Shown: positions 9,267 to 18,616 of the stretch, one piece after another
Layout of the letters: each line of letters begins with the position of its first letter
How positions within the stretch are numbered: the first letter of the stretch is position 1
Position numbers and translations under genes: made by a program
NCBI GenBank assembly: GCA_025462735.1
Contig: JAOAPC010000003.1
Coordinates: 144,391-208,390 of the forward strand
Length of the DNA: 64,000 bases
Origin: Acidobacteriaceae bacterium
Lineage (GTDB): Bacteria > Acidobacteriota > Terriglobia > Terriglobales > Acidobacteriaceae
Reading direction: 5' to 3'
The notes under the pieces: generated by a model
The model's input: only the letters and a program-made list of their open reading frames with translations
What the model was told of the DNA's origin: nothing
The model's database searches: none

Positions 9267-9707
9267 TTAGCGATAGTAGCGGTCGTTGTCGCGATAGTTG
9301 CGTCCGCGATAGTTGCGCTGGTAGCCCTCTCGGTATGCATCGGTGTAGTGCTCGCGATACTCGTGTTTGTTGCCAAACTCGCTGCGATAGCCGTGGTCGG
9401 CATCATCGTAGCGGCCGCGTGGATTCGGGTTGAAGGGTTTGCCTCTCCACATGTCCTCGCGGGCAACCGCCGAGCCATCGCGGAAGCCTTCCTCGCGCGC
9501 TTCGTGCAAGCCTTGCCGGAAGTTATCGCGGCTGTCATAACGATTGTCGTAGCGATTCTGGTAACGGTAATCGTCATTATCGTAAGAACGATTGTCGTAA
9601 CGGTAGTCGTCACGATCGTAATAGCGTCCGTCCTGAGCAGCGGCAATTCCAGCCGTGCCCGCCAGCACGGTAGCGATCATGGCTAGCGTCTTGAAACTAG
9701 TTCTCAT
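9267..9707 (-). CDS. secreted low-complexity Arg/Tyr/Asp/Asn-rich protein
   Basis: Start chosen at MRTSFKTLAMIATVLAGTAGIAAAQ (signal peptide), with SD aggagg upstream. The mature part is RYYDRDDYRYDNRSYDNDDYRYQNRYDNRYDSRDN...NYRGRNYRDNDRYYR. Confidence 0.65.
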   Translation of the reverse strand: MRTSFKTLAMIATVLAGTAGIAAAQDGRYYDRDDYRYDNRSYDNDDYRYQNRYDNRYDSRDNFRQGLHEAREEGFRDGSAVAREDMWRGKPFNPNPRGRYDDADHGYRSEFGNKHEYREHYTDAYREGYQRNYRGRNYRDNDRYYR

Positions 9708-9859
9708 AAGTTCCTCCTGTGGGGCGCCGGAGCCAGAACCATGCCGCATCGTCGCCTCCTACTGCGGTCACCAATTGAAACCCGCGTTAGGCAAGCAAGT
9801 TTCGCGGGGTGTAGGTTAGTGCCAGTGTTAGACTTTTGGGTCACTTTCAGGAACACGCA

Positions 9860-10708
9860 ATGGGAATTCAGCGGGTAGGAGTAGTCGGCGCGGGCACCAT
9901 GGGAAATGGGATTGCGCATGTATTCGCGCGTAGCGAATATCGGGTAGTTTTGTGCGATATCGAACAAAAATATCTGGAACGCGGCCTAGCCACCATTGCC
10001 ACGAATCTCGACCGGGAAGCCGCGAAAAACAAAATCACCGAAGCGCAAAAATCGGAGATCCTGAAGCGAATCGAGCCCACAGTGGATCGCTCGCGGCTTG
10101 GGGGCTGCGACTTTGTCGTAGAAGCAGCGTCGGAGAAGCTGGAGATCAAGTCTGAACTGTTTCGCGATCTCGACCGCATCTGCCGTCCGGAGGTGATTCT
10201 GGCGTCGAACACGTCTTCTATTTCGATTACCAAGCTTGCTGCAGTCACTAATCGTGCGCAAAAAGTCATCGGCATGCACTTCTTCAATCCGGTGCCGGTC
10301 ATGAAGTTGATCGAAATCGTGCGCGGGCTAGCAACTTCAGACGAAACCTTTCAGACGGTGCGGGAGCTGGCACTCAAGCTGGCGAAAACGCCGGTTGAAG
10401 TCAACGACGCTCCCGGATTCGTTTCAAACCGCGTGCTCATGCCGCTGCTGAACGAGGCCATGTACGCGGTGATGGAAGGCGTGGCCACGCCGGAGGCAGT
10501 CGATGAAGTTTTCAAGCTGGGTATGAATCATCCCATGGGCCCGCTCACGCTGGCGGATTTTATCGGGCTTGATGTCTGCTTGGACATCATGCGGGTGCTG
10601 CACAGCGGGCTTGGCGATCCCAAATACCGTCCGTGCCCGCTGCTCGTCAAAATGGTTGAGGCTGGCTGGAACGGCAAAAAATCCGGACGCGGATTTTACA
10701 AGTATTAG
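9860..10708 (+). CDS. hbd: 3-hydroxybutyryl-CoA / 3-hydroxyacyl-CoA dehydrogenase
   Basis: [19 protein letters not shown] Rossmann N-terminus and [12 protein letters not shown]. The track ORF starts 8 codons earlier at 9836. Confidence 0.9.
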   Translation: MGIQRVGVVGAGTMGNGIAHVFARSEYRVVLCDIEQKYLERGLATIATNLDREAAKNKITEAQKSEILKRIEPTVDRSRLGGCDFVVEAASEKLEIKSELFRDLDRICRPEVILASNTSSISITKLAAVTNRAQKVIGMHFFNPVPVMKLIEIVRGLATSDETFQTVRELALKLAKTPVEVNDAPGFVSNRVLMPLLNEAMYAVMEGVATPEAVDEVFKLGMNHPMGPLTLADFIGLDVCLDIMRVLHSGLGDPKYRPCPLLVKMVEAGWNGKKSGRGFYKY

Positions 10709-10710
10709 CG

Positions 10711-11049
10711 ATGCCGAAATCGGATGTTCCCATTTATGCGCTTGCGGTACTGCTTGGAATCTGTGCCGGGATCCTGGACCTCACAGTTCACGATGTGCTG
10801 GTGACTGCTCTGTTCGTGCTGGTCTCGACTTTGGCCCTCGGATTTGTTCGTCCGCGGCGGCCCTGGAGATGGATCCTGATGGTTGCGCCATTCGTGCCCC
10901 TGCTGCAGCTCATGGCTTATCTGCTGCTGACGTGGAAGCCGTATCGCGCGCAGATTTGGGAGGCTGGATTGGGCTTCGTAACCGGGGCCGCCGGATGTTA
11001 CTGCGGAGCGCTGGCGCGGCTGGGCGTGGATGAACTGGTGCGCAAGTAA
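10711..11049 (+). CDS. hypothetical membrane protein
   Basis: 112 aa with 3-4 hydrophobic segments. It starts 2 nt after the hbd stop. Confidence 0.55.
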   Translation: MPKSDVPIYALAVLLGICAGILDLTVHDVLVTALFVLVSTLALGFVRPRRPWRWILMVAPFVPLLQLMAYLLLTWKPYRAQIWEAGLGFVTGAAGCYCGALARLGVDELVRK

Positions 11050-11105
11050 AAACCGGCCGCGGATTTAACGGATTAACCCGGATAAGAGCAATCCTGGCAG
11101 ATCAA

Positions 11106-11134
11106 GGACAGCCGGGGGCGGCTGTCCCCACACG
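11106..11134. repeat. REP-like hairpin with CCACACG tail
   Basis: GGACAGCCG-ggg-GCGGCTGTCC-ccacacg, intergenic. Confidence 0.75.
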
Positions 11135-11216
11135 ATCTGATTTGGAAAGTTCTTGGCTGTTGCTTTTACCGGTTAGTGCTCATTTTTCTTCAGGGGAGAT
11201 TTATCGTCGTTAATGC

Positions 11217-11249
11217 GCGAAAATCCGTGGCCCGGTTTCGCGTTTTTTT
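11217..11249 (+). terminator. rho-independent terminator downstream of the hbd operon
   Basis: GCGAAA...TTTCGC stem (with inner CCG/CGG pairs) followed by G plus T7. Confidence 0.55.
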
Positions 11250-11306
11250 ACCCGAAGGTAGCGACTTAACCAGGAAGTTACTCCCGTTTCCACAGTAGAT
11301 GAATGT

Positions 11307-12122
11307 ATGCTGCGAGGCATGAGTGTTTCCGTCTCCGTGCTGGCCAGTGGCAGCCGGGGCAATACCGCCATTGTCGAAAGCTCCAGCGTGCGCATTCTTG
11401 TCGACGCAGGAATTTCCTGCCGGGAGACTTTCAAACGGCTGAAGTCGCTGGGGCGCAATCCACGCGAGATTTCCGCGATCCTGATCACTCACGAGCATTC
11501 CGACCACGTCTACGGGCTGGCGACGCTGGCAAAAAAACTCGATGTGCCGGTATTCATGACCGGCGCGACCCACCACGCCTGGGCGCGCGCGTTGCGCGAC
11601 GAAGCGGGCGAGTTGCCGAAGATGGCAAAGCTCGAACTTTTTTCTGCGGGACGATCGTTTCAGATCGGTGATATCACGGTCACGCCGTTCACCATTCCGC
11701 ATGACGCCGCCGACCCGGTTGGATTCACCTTCCGCGCCGAAGGCGCCAAGATTGGAATTGCCACCGACCTGGGCTACATGCCGCCCAGCGTGCGCGATCA
11801 GCTGCGGGGCTGTGATGTGCTGATGATCGAATCTAATCACGACCTGGAAATGCTGCGGGTCGGGCCGTATCCCTGGTCGGTCAAGCAACGGGTGATGAGC
11901 CGGGTGGGACACCTTTCGAATGAGTCCCTGGCCCAATTTTTTGCAGAGTACTATGATGGAGGTGCATCATACATAGTATTGGCGCACCTGTCGGAACAGA
12001 ACAATCATCCGGAGATCGCGCTGCGGGCCGCGGAAAATGCGCTGGGGCCGCAGATGACGTTGATCCGCAACCGGGTGATGCTGGCCGCACAGAATGCGCC
12101 GACCGAAACAATTCAACTTTGA
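11307..12122 (+). CDS. MBL-fold metallo-hydrolase
   Basis: 271 aa. ITHEHSDH metal motif and a YycJ/PhnP-like layout. An alternative ATG lies at 11319. Confidence 0.85.
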   Translation: MLRGMSVSVSVLASGSRGNTAIVESSSVRILVDAGISCRETFKRLKSLGRNPREISAILITHEHSDHVYGLATLAKKLDVPVFMTGATHHAWARALRDEAGELPKMAKLELFSAGRSFQIGDITVTPFTIPHDAADPVGFTFRAEGAKIGIATDLGYMPPSVRDQLRGCDVLMIESNHDLEMLRVGPYPWSVKQRVMSRVGHLSNESLAQFFAEYYDGGASYIVLAHLSEQNNHPEIALRAAENALGPQMTLIRNRVMLAAQNAPTETIQL

Positions 12123-12210
12123 AGGCAAGGGGCGCGCGGACGAGGCATGGGCCTGTGTCCCACCCACACGGCCATTCGTGATTCGATGAATCGCGACGGC
12201 ATGACACGAT

Positions 12211-12651
12211 ATGAGTGAATGCGTTGATCCGGTAATCGGAAAGATTTTAGCGGGCTGGCGATACGACATCTCCGGCATCACGGCGGAGATGCGTGGCGAC
12301 TACGAAGCGCATTTTGCTACCTGTGAGCACTGCCGCTCCCGCCAGCACATTCATCGCGCAATCGATGTCGGCCTGATTGTGCTAGCGTCGGTTTCAGCCG
12401 GAGTATTTCTGGTGGCCTTTGGAGCCATTCACCACTTCGCGCCCCGGCACTCGCTGATTCTGGAGCTGGCGGCGCTGGCCGGTTTCGCTCTTTCGGCTTT
12501 GATATGGCTGATCGTGGCGGTGGCAACTCCGGCGCCGGCGGCGGTTGTGGATGTCGCCAGAGTGGGCGCGCGCCGTGTGCATGACCGGCTTCCTGCTGAA
12601 ATCCGTCAACGCCTGGGGGAAGAGTTGCGCGTAAAGCTGACTGGCTCCTAG
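12211..12651 (+). CDS. membrane protein with ZAS-like H-x3-C-x2-C motif (putative anti-sigma-like)
   Basis: 146 aa. N-terminal HFATCEHC, then 2-3 TM segments. There is no adjacent sigma factor gene. Confidence 0.5.
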   Translation: MSECVDPVIGKILAGWRYDISGITAEMRGDYEAHFATCEHCRSRQHIHRAIDVGLIVLASVSAGVFLVAFGAIHHFAPRHSLILELAALAGFALSALIWLIVAVATPAPAAVVDVARVGARRVHDRLPAEIRQRLGEELRVKLTGS

Positions 12652-12669
12652 CCAGCTGACGTATCCCAT

Positions 12670-13143
12670 TCACTGGATGTGGCAGGTCGCGAGCCCGCGT
12701 TTCTCCAGATACTGCTGGTGGTAATCTTCCGCCTCGTAAAACGTCACTGCCGGCACGATCTGGGTCACAATCGGACGGCTAAAGTTGCCGGATTTCTCCA
12801 GCTCGGACTTCGACTTGCGCGCCGCCTGCTCCTGCTCCGGCGAATGATAGAAGATCGCTGAGCGATATTGCGTGCCGGAGTCGGGGCCTTGCCGGTTCAA
12901 CTGCGTGGCATCGTGGTTCTCCCAAAAAGCCTGAAGCAGGTCGTCGTATTTGACCTTCGCGGGATCATATTCGACTTCGACTGCTTCGGCGTGTCCGGTA
13001 CGGTCGCTGCAAACTTGTTGGTATGTGGGATTCTTAAGCTCCCCGCCGGTGTAACCAACGCGGGTTGAGCTCACGCCGGGAATCTGGCGAAACGCAGCTT
13101 CTACGCCCCAAAAACATCCAGCGGCAAATGTAGCTTTGGCCAT
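12670..13143 (-). CDS. msrA: peptide-methionine (S)-S-oxide reductase
   Basis: 157 aa. The GCFWG active site is at the N-terminus. Confidence 0.95.
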   Translation of the reverse strand: MAKATFAAGCFWGVEAAFRQIPGVSSTRVGYTGGELKNPTYQQVCSDRTGHAEAVEVEYDPAKVKYDDLLQAFWENHDATQLNRQGPDSGTQYRSAIFYHSPEQEQAARKSKSELEKSGNFSRPIVTQIVPAVTFYEAEDYHQQYLEKRGLATCHIQ

Positions 13144-13204
13144 GGTTGACTCCAGTCTTAATTACACTACCAATTCGATGCGCGAGGACGGGGAAAGTGA
13201 CAGC

Positions 13205-14122
13205 TCACAGCGTCATTGCTCCGGTCAGTTCGGCGAGGCGAGTGACCTGGTGGTGCTCGCACCAGTCGCGCAATTCGGCAACTATCTTCTCAGTGGCACG
13301 CGGGTCCCAATAGTTGGCAGTGCCCACCTGGACGGCGGTCGCACCCGCCAACATGAACTCAATAACATCCTCGGCAGTTGAAATTCCGCCCATGCCAATG
13401 ATCGGAATTTGGACGGATTGCGAGGCTTCATACACCATGCGGACAGCAATCGGCTTGATCGCTGGCCCGGAGAGGCCTGCGGTAACGTTGGCAATGCGGG
13501 GCTTGCGCGTTTCGACGTCGATGGCCATAGCCACGAATGTGTTGACCAGCGAAACCGCGTCCGCGCCGGCTTCCTGGGCGACGTGCGCCATCTGGCCGAT
13601 GCTGGTCACGTTTGGCGAAAGCTTTACGATGAGTGGCCGTTGCGAAAAATGCTTTGCGGTCGCCACCACTTCGTCGAGGCATCTGGGATCGCTGCCAAAC
13701 TGAATGCCGCCGTGCTGCGTGTTGGGGCAGGAGACATTCAACTCGTAAGCAGCAATACCTTCGCCCTCGTTGAGTATCTGAATGGTGTGTTCATAGTCTT
13801 CGCGCGTGTATCCGAAGACGTTGGCGATCACAACAATATCTTTGATCTCGCGCAGTTTGGGGAGCTTCTCGTCAACAAAGGCGCGGGCGCCAATGTTCTG
13901 CAGACCGATGGCATTCAACATCCCGGCTGCAGTCTCGTAGAGGCGCGGCGGGGGATTGCCGATCATGGGCTCACGCGAGAGACCTTTGACCACGAACCCG
14001 CCGAGCTGGTTCAGATGCACCACGTCTTCGAACTCGACGCCGTACGCAAAAGTGCCGCTGGCGGCGATGACAGGATTCTTGAACTCGATTCCGGCAAAAC
14101 TGACTTTGAGGTCAGGGGTCAT
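13205..14122 (-). CDS. pyrD: dihydroorotate dehydrogenase, class 1 catalytic subunit
   Basis: 305 aa. FKNPVIAASGTF, NVSCPN, GGISTAEDV. Confidence 0.93.
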   Translation of the reverse strand: MTPDLKVSFAGIEFKNPVIAASGTFAYGVEFEDVVHLNQLGGFVVKGLSREPMIGNPPPRLYETAAGMLNAIGLQNIGARAFVDEKLPKLREIKDIVVIANVFGYTREDYEHTIQILNEGEGIAAYELNVSCPNTQHGGIQFGSDPRCLDEVVATAKHFSQRPLIVKLSPNVTSIGQMAHVAQEAGADAVSLVNTFVAMAIDVETRKPRIANVTAGLSGPAIKPIAVRMVYEASQSVQIPIIGMGGISTAEDVIEFMLAGATAVQVGTANYWDPRATEKIVAELRDWCEHHQVTRLAELTGAMTL

Positions 14123-14212
14123 GCGATTGCCGCGCTCGAGTCTGATCTGAGAAGCATGGCTGCGGTTTAGTTTACACGCGCAGAAAGTGAGTCCGGCTAC
14201 AATCGCCGAATC

Positions 14213-15181
14213 GTGGCCACTGGATTGAACAAACTGCGCCTGATTATTGCGGTTGCGCTTTACGCCGCGTTATTGGCCGCACTGTGGTCTGGATTCCGCC
14301 ATTCGGAGCTTGCACTATCTCTCGGCGGCGAATTCCCACGTGCGTTCGCAAGCTTCGCCCTGTTGCTTGCGCCTTTGTGGTTCTTTGGGTTCGGCGCAAG
14401 TGAACCGCTGAAGCGAATGGCAAGCTGGAGCAAGATCTCCGCAGCCGCACTGCTCTCCCTTCCCTACTTTGTTTTCGCTGCCGGAACGACTGCTTACAGT
14501 TGGCGGGCTGCGGTCATCGTAATCGCATTTCCCATGCTGATGGCTGCGTTTCTGGAGCTGCCCACGCTGCCGAAGCGAATGACGTGGCGCGACGGGGCAG
14601 CGCTGATCGTCATTGCAGCGACGTATTACTTGAAATTACTGCAAAGCGCATGGCCTCCAGAGCTGGCGTTCCTGCCTAAGCTTTTTCTGGCTGACGTTGC
14701 GTTGTACTGTTTTCTCGTCAGTCGACAACTGGAGGGTGCTGGGTATTCGCTGATTCCGACGTGGTCTGCGGTAAAGGTGGGGTTGCGAGAGTGGGTGTTT
14801 TTTCTGCCGATCGCCGTAGCTTTAGGCGAGGTAACTGGATTTATCCATTTTCATTCAAATGTTCCGCGGCTCGGCCATGTGATTGCCGACATCCTGCTAA
14901 CGTTTCTACTCATCGCAATTCCCGAGGAGCTGTTCTTTCGCGCCATCCTGCAGAATCTTCTTGAGACCAGAATTGGAAGGACTGCGGCGTTGCTGGTGGC
15001 GGCGATCTTGTTTGGGCTATCGCACTTCAATCATGGCGCCGGATTCAACTGGAAATACGTGCTGCTGGCCAGCATTGCGGGAATTTTCTACGGACGCGCC
15101 TGGCGGGCCGAGCGGCAGATTTTCGCTTCCATCGTGACGCATATCGCGGTGGACGTAGTGTGGTCGCTGTGGTTCCGGTGA
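14213..15181 (+). CDS. CPBP family intramembrane glutamic endopeptidase (CAAX protease-like)
   Basis: 322 aa, polytopic. EELFFRAILQ, FGLSHF and HIAVD motifs. Confidence 0.85.
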   Translation: MATGLNKLRLIIAVALYAALLAALWSGFRHSELALSLGGEFPRAFASFALLLAPLWFFGFGASEPLKRMASWSKISAAALLSLPYFVFAAGTTAYSWRAAVIVIAFPMLMAAFLELPTLPKRMTWRDGAALIVIAATYYLKLLQSAWPPELAFLPKLFLADVALYCFLVSRQLEGAGYSLIPTWSAVKVGLREWVFFLPIAVALGEVTGFIHFHSNVPRLGHVIADILLTFLLIAIPEELFFRAILQNLLETRIGRTAALLVAAILFGLSHFNHGAGFNWKYVLLASIAGIFYGRAWRAERQIFASIVTHIAVDVVWSLWFR

Positions 15182-15261
15182 GGTGTCGATTCGTGAGTTG
15201 CTAAACCTTTCCGAGTCCGGTGGTTGACACCGCTCGTTCGAAGCATTTAGATTCAGGCTGC

Positions 15262-15400
15262 TTTTGATTAGGTTCGCGCGTCCTCCTCGCCTTGGGGAGG
15301 ACTGGGAAGCGGGTGCAAATCCCGCGCTGCCGCGCAACTGTAAGCGAGGACATCGCACCGGGCCACTGGAGATTTTTTCCGGGAAGGCCCGAGGCAAAAA
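15262..15400 (+). promoter_or_regulatory. cobalamin (B12) riboswitch
   Basis: ctGGGAAGCGGGTGCAAATCCCGCGCTGCCGCGCAACTGTAAGCG...GGGCCACTGG...CCGGGAAGGCCCGAGG. The conserved core and the GCCACTG B12-box are present. It lies in the 5' leader of a TonB-dependent receptor. Confidence 0.85.
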
Positions 15401-15523
15401 GTGAATGCAGGATTGAGCCGGGCGGGGACGCCCGGCGCTCCAAATTCCTGCATTCTTACTCGCGAGCCAGGAGACCGGCGCGAACTGACAACACCAACCC
15501 CTTTCGCGATTAAAGGAGGAGTG

Positions 15524-17725
15524 ATGCAGTCTTGCTACCGGTTTTTCGCCGTACTTTTTCTTTCTATCTCCGCCCTAGCTTCGCAACTCAACGTCAGAGT
15601 GGTCGATCCTCAATCTGCCGCCGTTGCCGGGGCGCAAGTCGAGATTTTTTCTGAAAACTCAAACCACTCACTGGGAATTCAAATTACTTCCGCGCAAGGG
15701 ATAGCGCAATTTCACGCCATCGCGGCGTCTTCAGTGCGTATTCACGTGCTGGCGCCAGGATTCGCCGAGAGGTGGAGCACGGTTTCCGCGGCGGAAGCGG
15801 GCAACGGAATCACCATAAACCTGCAACTGGCGGTAGCCGCCGAAACCGTCGTAGTAAGTGCGACGCGGACGCCGCTGCCGACTGAGGAGTCGGGAGCAGC
15901 AATCGATAGCTTGAGTGGGGCTGTGCTCGAAACCACGCGGCCGGTTGCAGCGAACGATGCGCTGCGCTTTTTGCCGGGCGCGATTGTGAGCACGGCTGGA
16001 CAGCGTGGCGGATTAGCGTCGTTGTTCGTTGATGGCGGCGAATCTCGTTACAACAAAGTCATTGTGGATGGCGTGCCAATAAACGATCCCGGCGGCACAT
16101 TTGATTTCGGAACCTTACCGCTATTTGAAGCCGACCGGATGGAGTTTCTGCGCGGCGCCCAGAGCACGCTTTACGGATCTGATGCCATGAGCAGCGTGGT
16201 GCAGATTTGGAGCCGGACTGGAAGCACTCCAGTTCCTGAATTTCGATTCGGCGCCGATGCAGGAAATTACGGCACAGAAAACGGATACGCAGCGCTGGCT
16301 GGCGCGAATGGCCGCTTCGACTACAACCTGTTTGGAAACCAGTTCAATACCACAGGCTCCGGACCGAACGACGATTACTCGAACTCGCTTGAGGGGGCAA
16401 ACCTTGGTGCGAAACTGAATGACTCGGCCACGCTGCGGCTGCGCATGCGTCACGATAACAGCGTGAGTGGCGTGCAGAACGAATGGAACTTCAACGGACA
16501 GAAGCTTCTGCCTCCCGATCTTGACCAACGCGCAAGGCAGAATAATTTTTTGGGCAGTTTGGAACTCAATATTTCGGGGCCGTCACGCCTGCAACAGCGA
16601 ATTCAGGGCTTCGATTACACTTTGCACCGCACCAACATTGATTCAATCGATCAAGGCAACCGGATCGTTGTCTTATCACCCTCCATCGCTATTGACGAGG
16701 ATTTTCAATTCCATAACGTCAACAACTACAACCGCGCAGGATTGAACTACCAAGCCAACTATGTCGAACGCAGTTGGACGCTCAGCACTGCCGGGTACGA
16801 GTTCGAAGATGAAAATGGAGTGACTGGCAATCTGCCGTTTCCCAGCCACGGGCTGCGTCGAAATCACGCTGTCTTCGGCGAGCAGCTATTCACGTTCGAA
16901 CGCCTGTCATTTATCGGCGGTGGGCGCTTTGTCCACAATCAAAGCTTTGGGAACAAATTCGTGCCTCGGCTCTCATTGAACGTGCTCGCACTGAAAGGCG
17001 GTCAACTTTTCTCAGGGACCAGGCTGCGCTTCTCCTACGCAACTGGAATCGAAGAGCCGACTTTTGCCGAGTCGTTTGGAAGCGGCGGCGGCTTTCCGAC
17101 CATCCCTAACCCTTTTCTAAGACCCGAAGAGACGCGGGCGTTTCAAGCTGGGTTTGAGCAGCGGCTCCGCGGTAATTATTCTTTTTCTGCGACTTACTTC
17201 AACAACCTGTTCCGTAATCAGATCGACTTCAACTTTGATCCCTGCTTCTGCAAGGGCCAGTACGTGAACATCAATGAATCCATGGCGCATGGCGCGGAGG
17301 TTGAACTTCATGCCAGGCCTCGCTCCCGAGTTTCTGTCGACGCCTCTTACTCTTACACTTCGACGCAGATCTTGAAAGAGCCGCTGGCGTTCGATCCCAT
17401 CCTGTCAGCCGGCAGGCCGCTACTGCGCAGGCCCAAACACTCGGCCACTCTGATGACGAGCTATCTTGGGCCCCGGTGGGGCGCAAACCTATCAGGCAGT
17501 TTTGTGGGACGAAGGGCTGACTCTGATTTTTTTGGATACAACTTCAATCACACGCCCGGGTATGTGCTGGTGAACGCAGGGGGCTGGTATAACATGACCC
17601 CGCGGATCACAACCTATGTGAATGTTGAGAATGTTCTGAACAGATTCTACGAGGAAGTGATTGGGTACCCTGCGCTAGGTGCGAATTTTCGCGCAGGCAT
17701 GCGTTTCAGGATCGGAGGAGAGTAG
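15524..17725 (+). CDS. TonB-dependent receptor (BtuB-like, B12-riboswitch controlled) with N-terminal carboxypeptidase-regulatory-like domain
   Basis: Start at MQSCYRFFAVLFLSISALASQ (signal peptide) with SD aaaggagg. A plug region (ETVVVSATRTP) is followed by a long beta-barrel ending ..GMRFRIGGE. The upstream part of the track ORF overlaps the riboswitch. Confidence 0.88.
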   Translation: MQSCYRFFAVLFLSISALASQLNVRVVDPQSAAVAGAQVEIFSENSNHSLGIQITSAQGIAQFHAIAASSVRIHVLAPGFAERWSTVSAAEAGNGITINLQLAVAAETVVVSATRTPLPTEESGAAIDSLSGAVLETTRPVAANDALRFLPGAIVSTAGQRGGLASLFVDGGESRYNKVIVDGVPINDPGGTFDFGTLPLFEADRMEFLRGAQSTLYGSDAMSSVVQIWSRTGSTPVPEFRFGADAGNYGTENGYAALAGANGRFDYNLFGNQFNTTGSGPNDDYSNSLEGANLGAKLNDSATLRLRMRHDNSVSGVQNEWNFNGQKLLPPDLDQRARQNNFLGSLELNISGPSRLQQRIQGFDYTLHRTNIDSIDQGNRIVVLSPSIAIDEDFQFHNVNNYNRAGLNYQANYVERSWTLSTAGYEFEDENGVTGNLPFPSHGLRRNHAVFGEQLFTFERLSFIGGGRFVHNQSFGNKFVPRLSLNVLALKGGQLFSGTRLRFSYATGIEEPTFAESFGSGGGFPTIPNPFLRPEETRAFQAGFEQRLRGNYSFSATYFNNLFRNQIDFNFDPCFCKGQYVNINESMAHGAEVELHARPRSRVSVDASYSYTSTQILKEPLAFDPILSAGRPLLRRPKHSATLMTSYLGPRWGANLSGSFVGRRADSDFFGYNFNHTPGYVLVNAGGWYNMTPRITTYVNVENVLNRFYEEVIGYPALGANFRAGMRFRIGGE

Positions 17726-18479
17726 ATTCTCTATCACGCGACTCGTCGGCGAACGTCGATTTCTTTTGCCGCCGGGCTCCGCCGTTGCCATTGCCGTTTG
17801 AGGAGTGTACGGGCATGGGCGCGGCAGAGTTCACGGCCAAATATTTATTCCGTGCGGCAATCAATTTGTCCAGCTCCGCGCAGTCGAGAAGCTGCTGCTT
17901 GCCAAGAATATGCGTGATCAGGGCGATCTGCGCGAAGTGCTCGACGGTTTCCATTTTCATGTAGGCCGATTGCAGATCAACGCCGTAGGTCACAACACCG
18001 TGATTGGCCATAAGGACGGCGTCAAATTGCGGCACTAACGGTTCCAGAGTCCGTGCGAGTTCCGGAGTGCCCGGTGTTCCGTAGGGGGCAAGCGGAATCT
18101 GGCCGAGTCCGATCACGACCTCGCAGGCCAAGGGCTGGTCGAGAGCGATGCCGGCGGCAGCGAATCCTGTGGCGGTCCGGGGATGCGCGTGCACAATTCC
18201 GTTGACGTCCGGCCGCATACGATAAATCAGCAGGTGCATGCCAATTTCGCTGGTCACATCGCGGCGACCCTTTAATTTGCGGCCCGACATGTCAACGATG
18301 ACGAGATCCGAAGACCTCATGCTGCCCTTTGACATGCCCGTGGGGGTGACCAGCACCTGGTTTTTGCTCAGCCGGACGGATAAATTGCCGTCACAAGCGG
18401 CAATATAGCCACGCTGGTGCAGCATTTTGCCGGTTTTTACAATTTCAGACCGGGATTGGAATTGGCTCGGCATGTGCAA
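17706..18479 (-). CDS. class II aldolase/adducin family protein
   Basis: 257 aa. GNLSVRL and [11 protein letters not shown] metal-binding His. Its 3' end overlaps the receptor gene by 20 nt (convergent). Confidence 0.8.
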   Translation of the reverse strand: MHMPSQFQSRSEIVKTGKMLHQRGYIAACDGNLSVRLSKNQVLVTPTGMSKGSMRSSDLVIVDMSGRKLKGRRDVTSEIGMHLLIYRMRPDVNGIVHAHPRTATGFAAAGIALDQPLACEVVIGLGQIPLAPYGTPGTPELARTLEPLVPQFDAVLMANHGVVTYGVDLQSAYMKMETVEHFAQIALITHILGKQQLLDCAELDKLIAARNKYLAVNSAAPMPVHSSNGNGNGGARRQKKSTFADESRDRESTLLRS

Positions 18480-18616
18480 ATTCGCAGTCCGCGTATGTTA
18501 GCGCAGGTTCAGAGCGGAAACAATCGGAATTTCGGTCTAAAAATGTAATTTCGCCGGGAGCCTGTGACCAATTTGGGCCTGCGGACGGCCTTCCGCGCGG
18601 TTCTTATAATGCAACA

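Noticed and set aside
9260-9686. Alternative-frame ORFs 9260..9646 (-) and 9348..9686 (+) in the RYDN gene
   Set aside because: The repetitive sequence keeps several frames open. Only the frame starting at 9707 has a signal peptide and a strong SD.
11190-11936. 248-aa minus-strand ORF
   Set aside because: It is fully antisense to a well-supported MBL hydrolase gene. Its Arg/Gly/His-rich composition is typical of shadow ORFs in GC-rich DNA.
15401-15523. N-terminal extension of the TonB receptor ORF
   Set aside because: It overlaps the riboswitch expression platform. The signal peptide and a strong SD occur at 15524.
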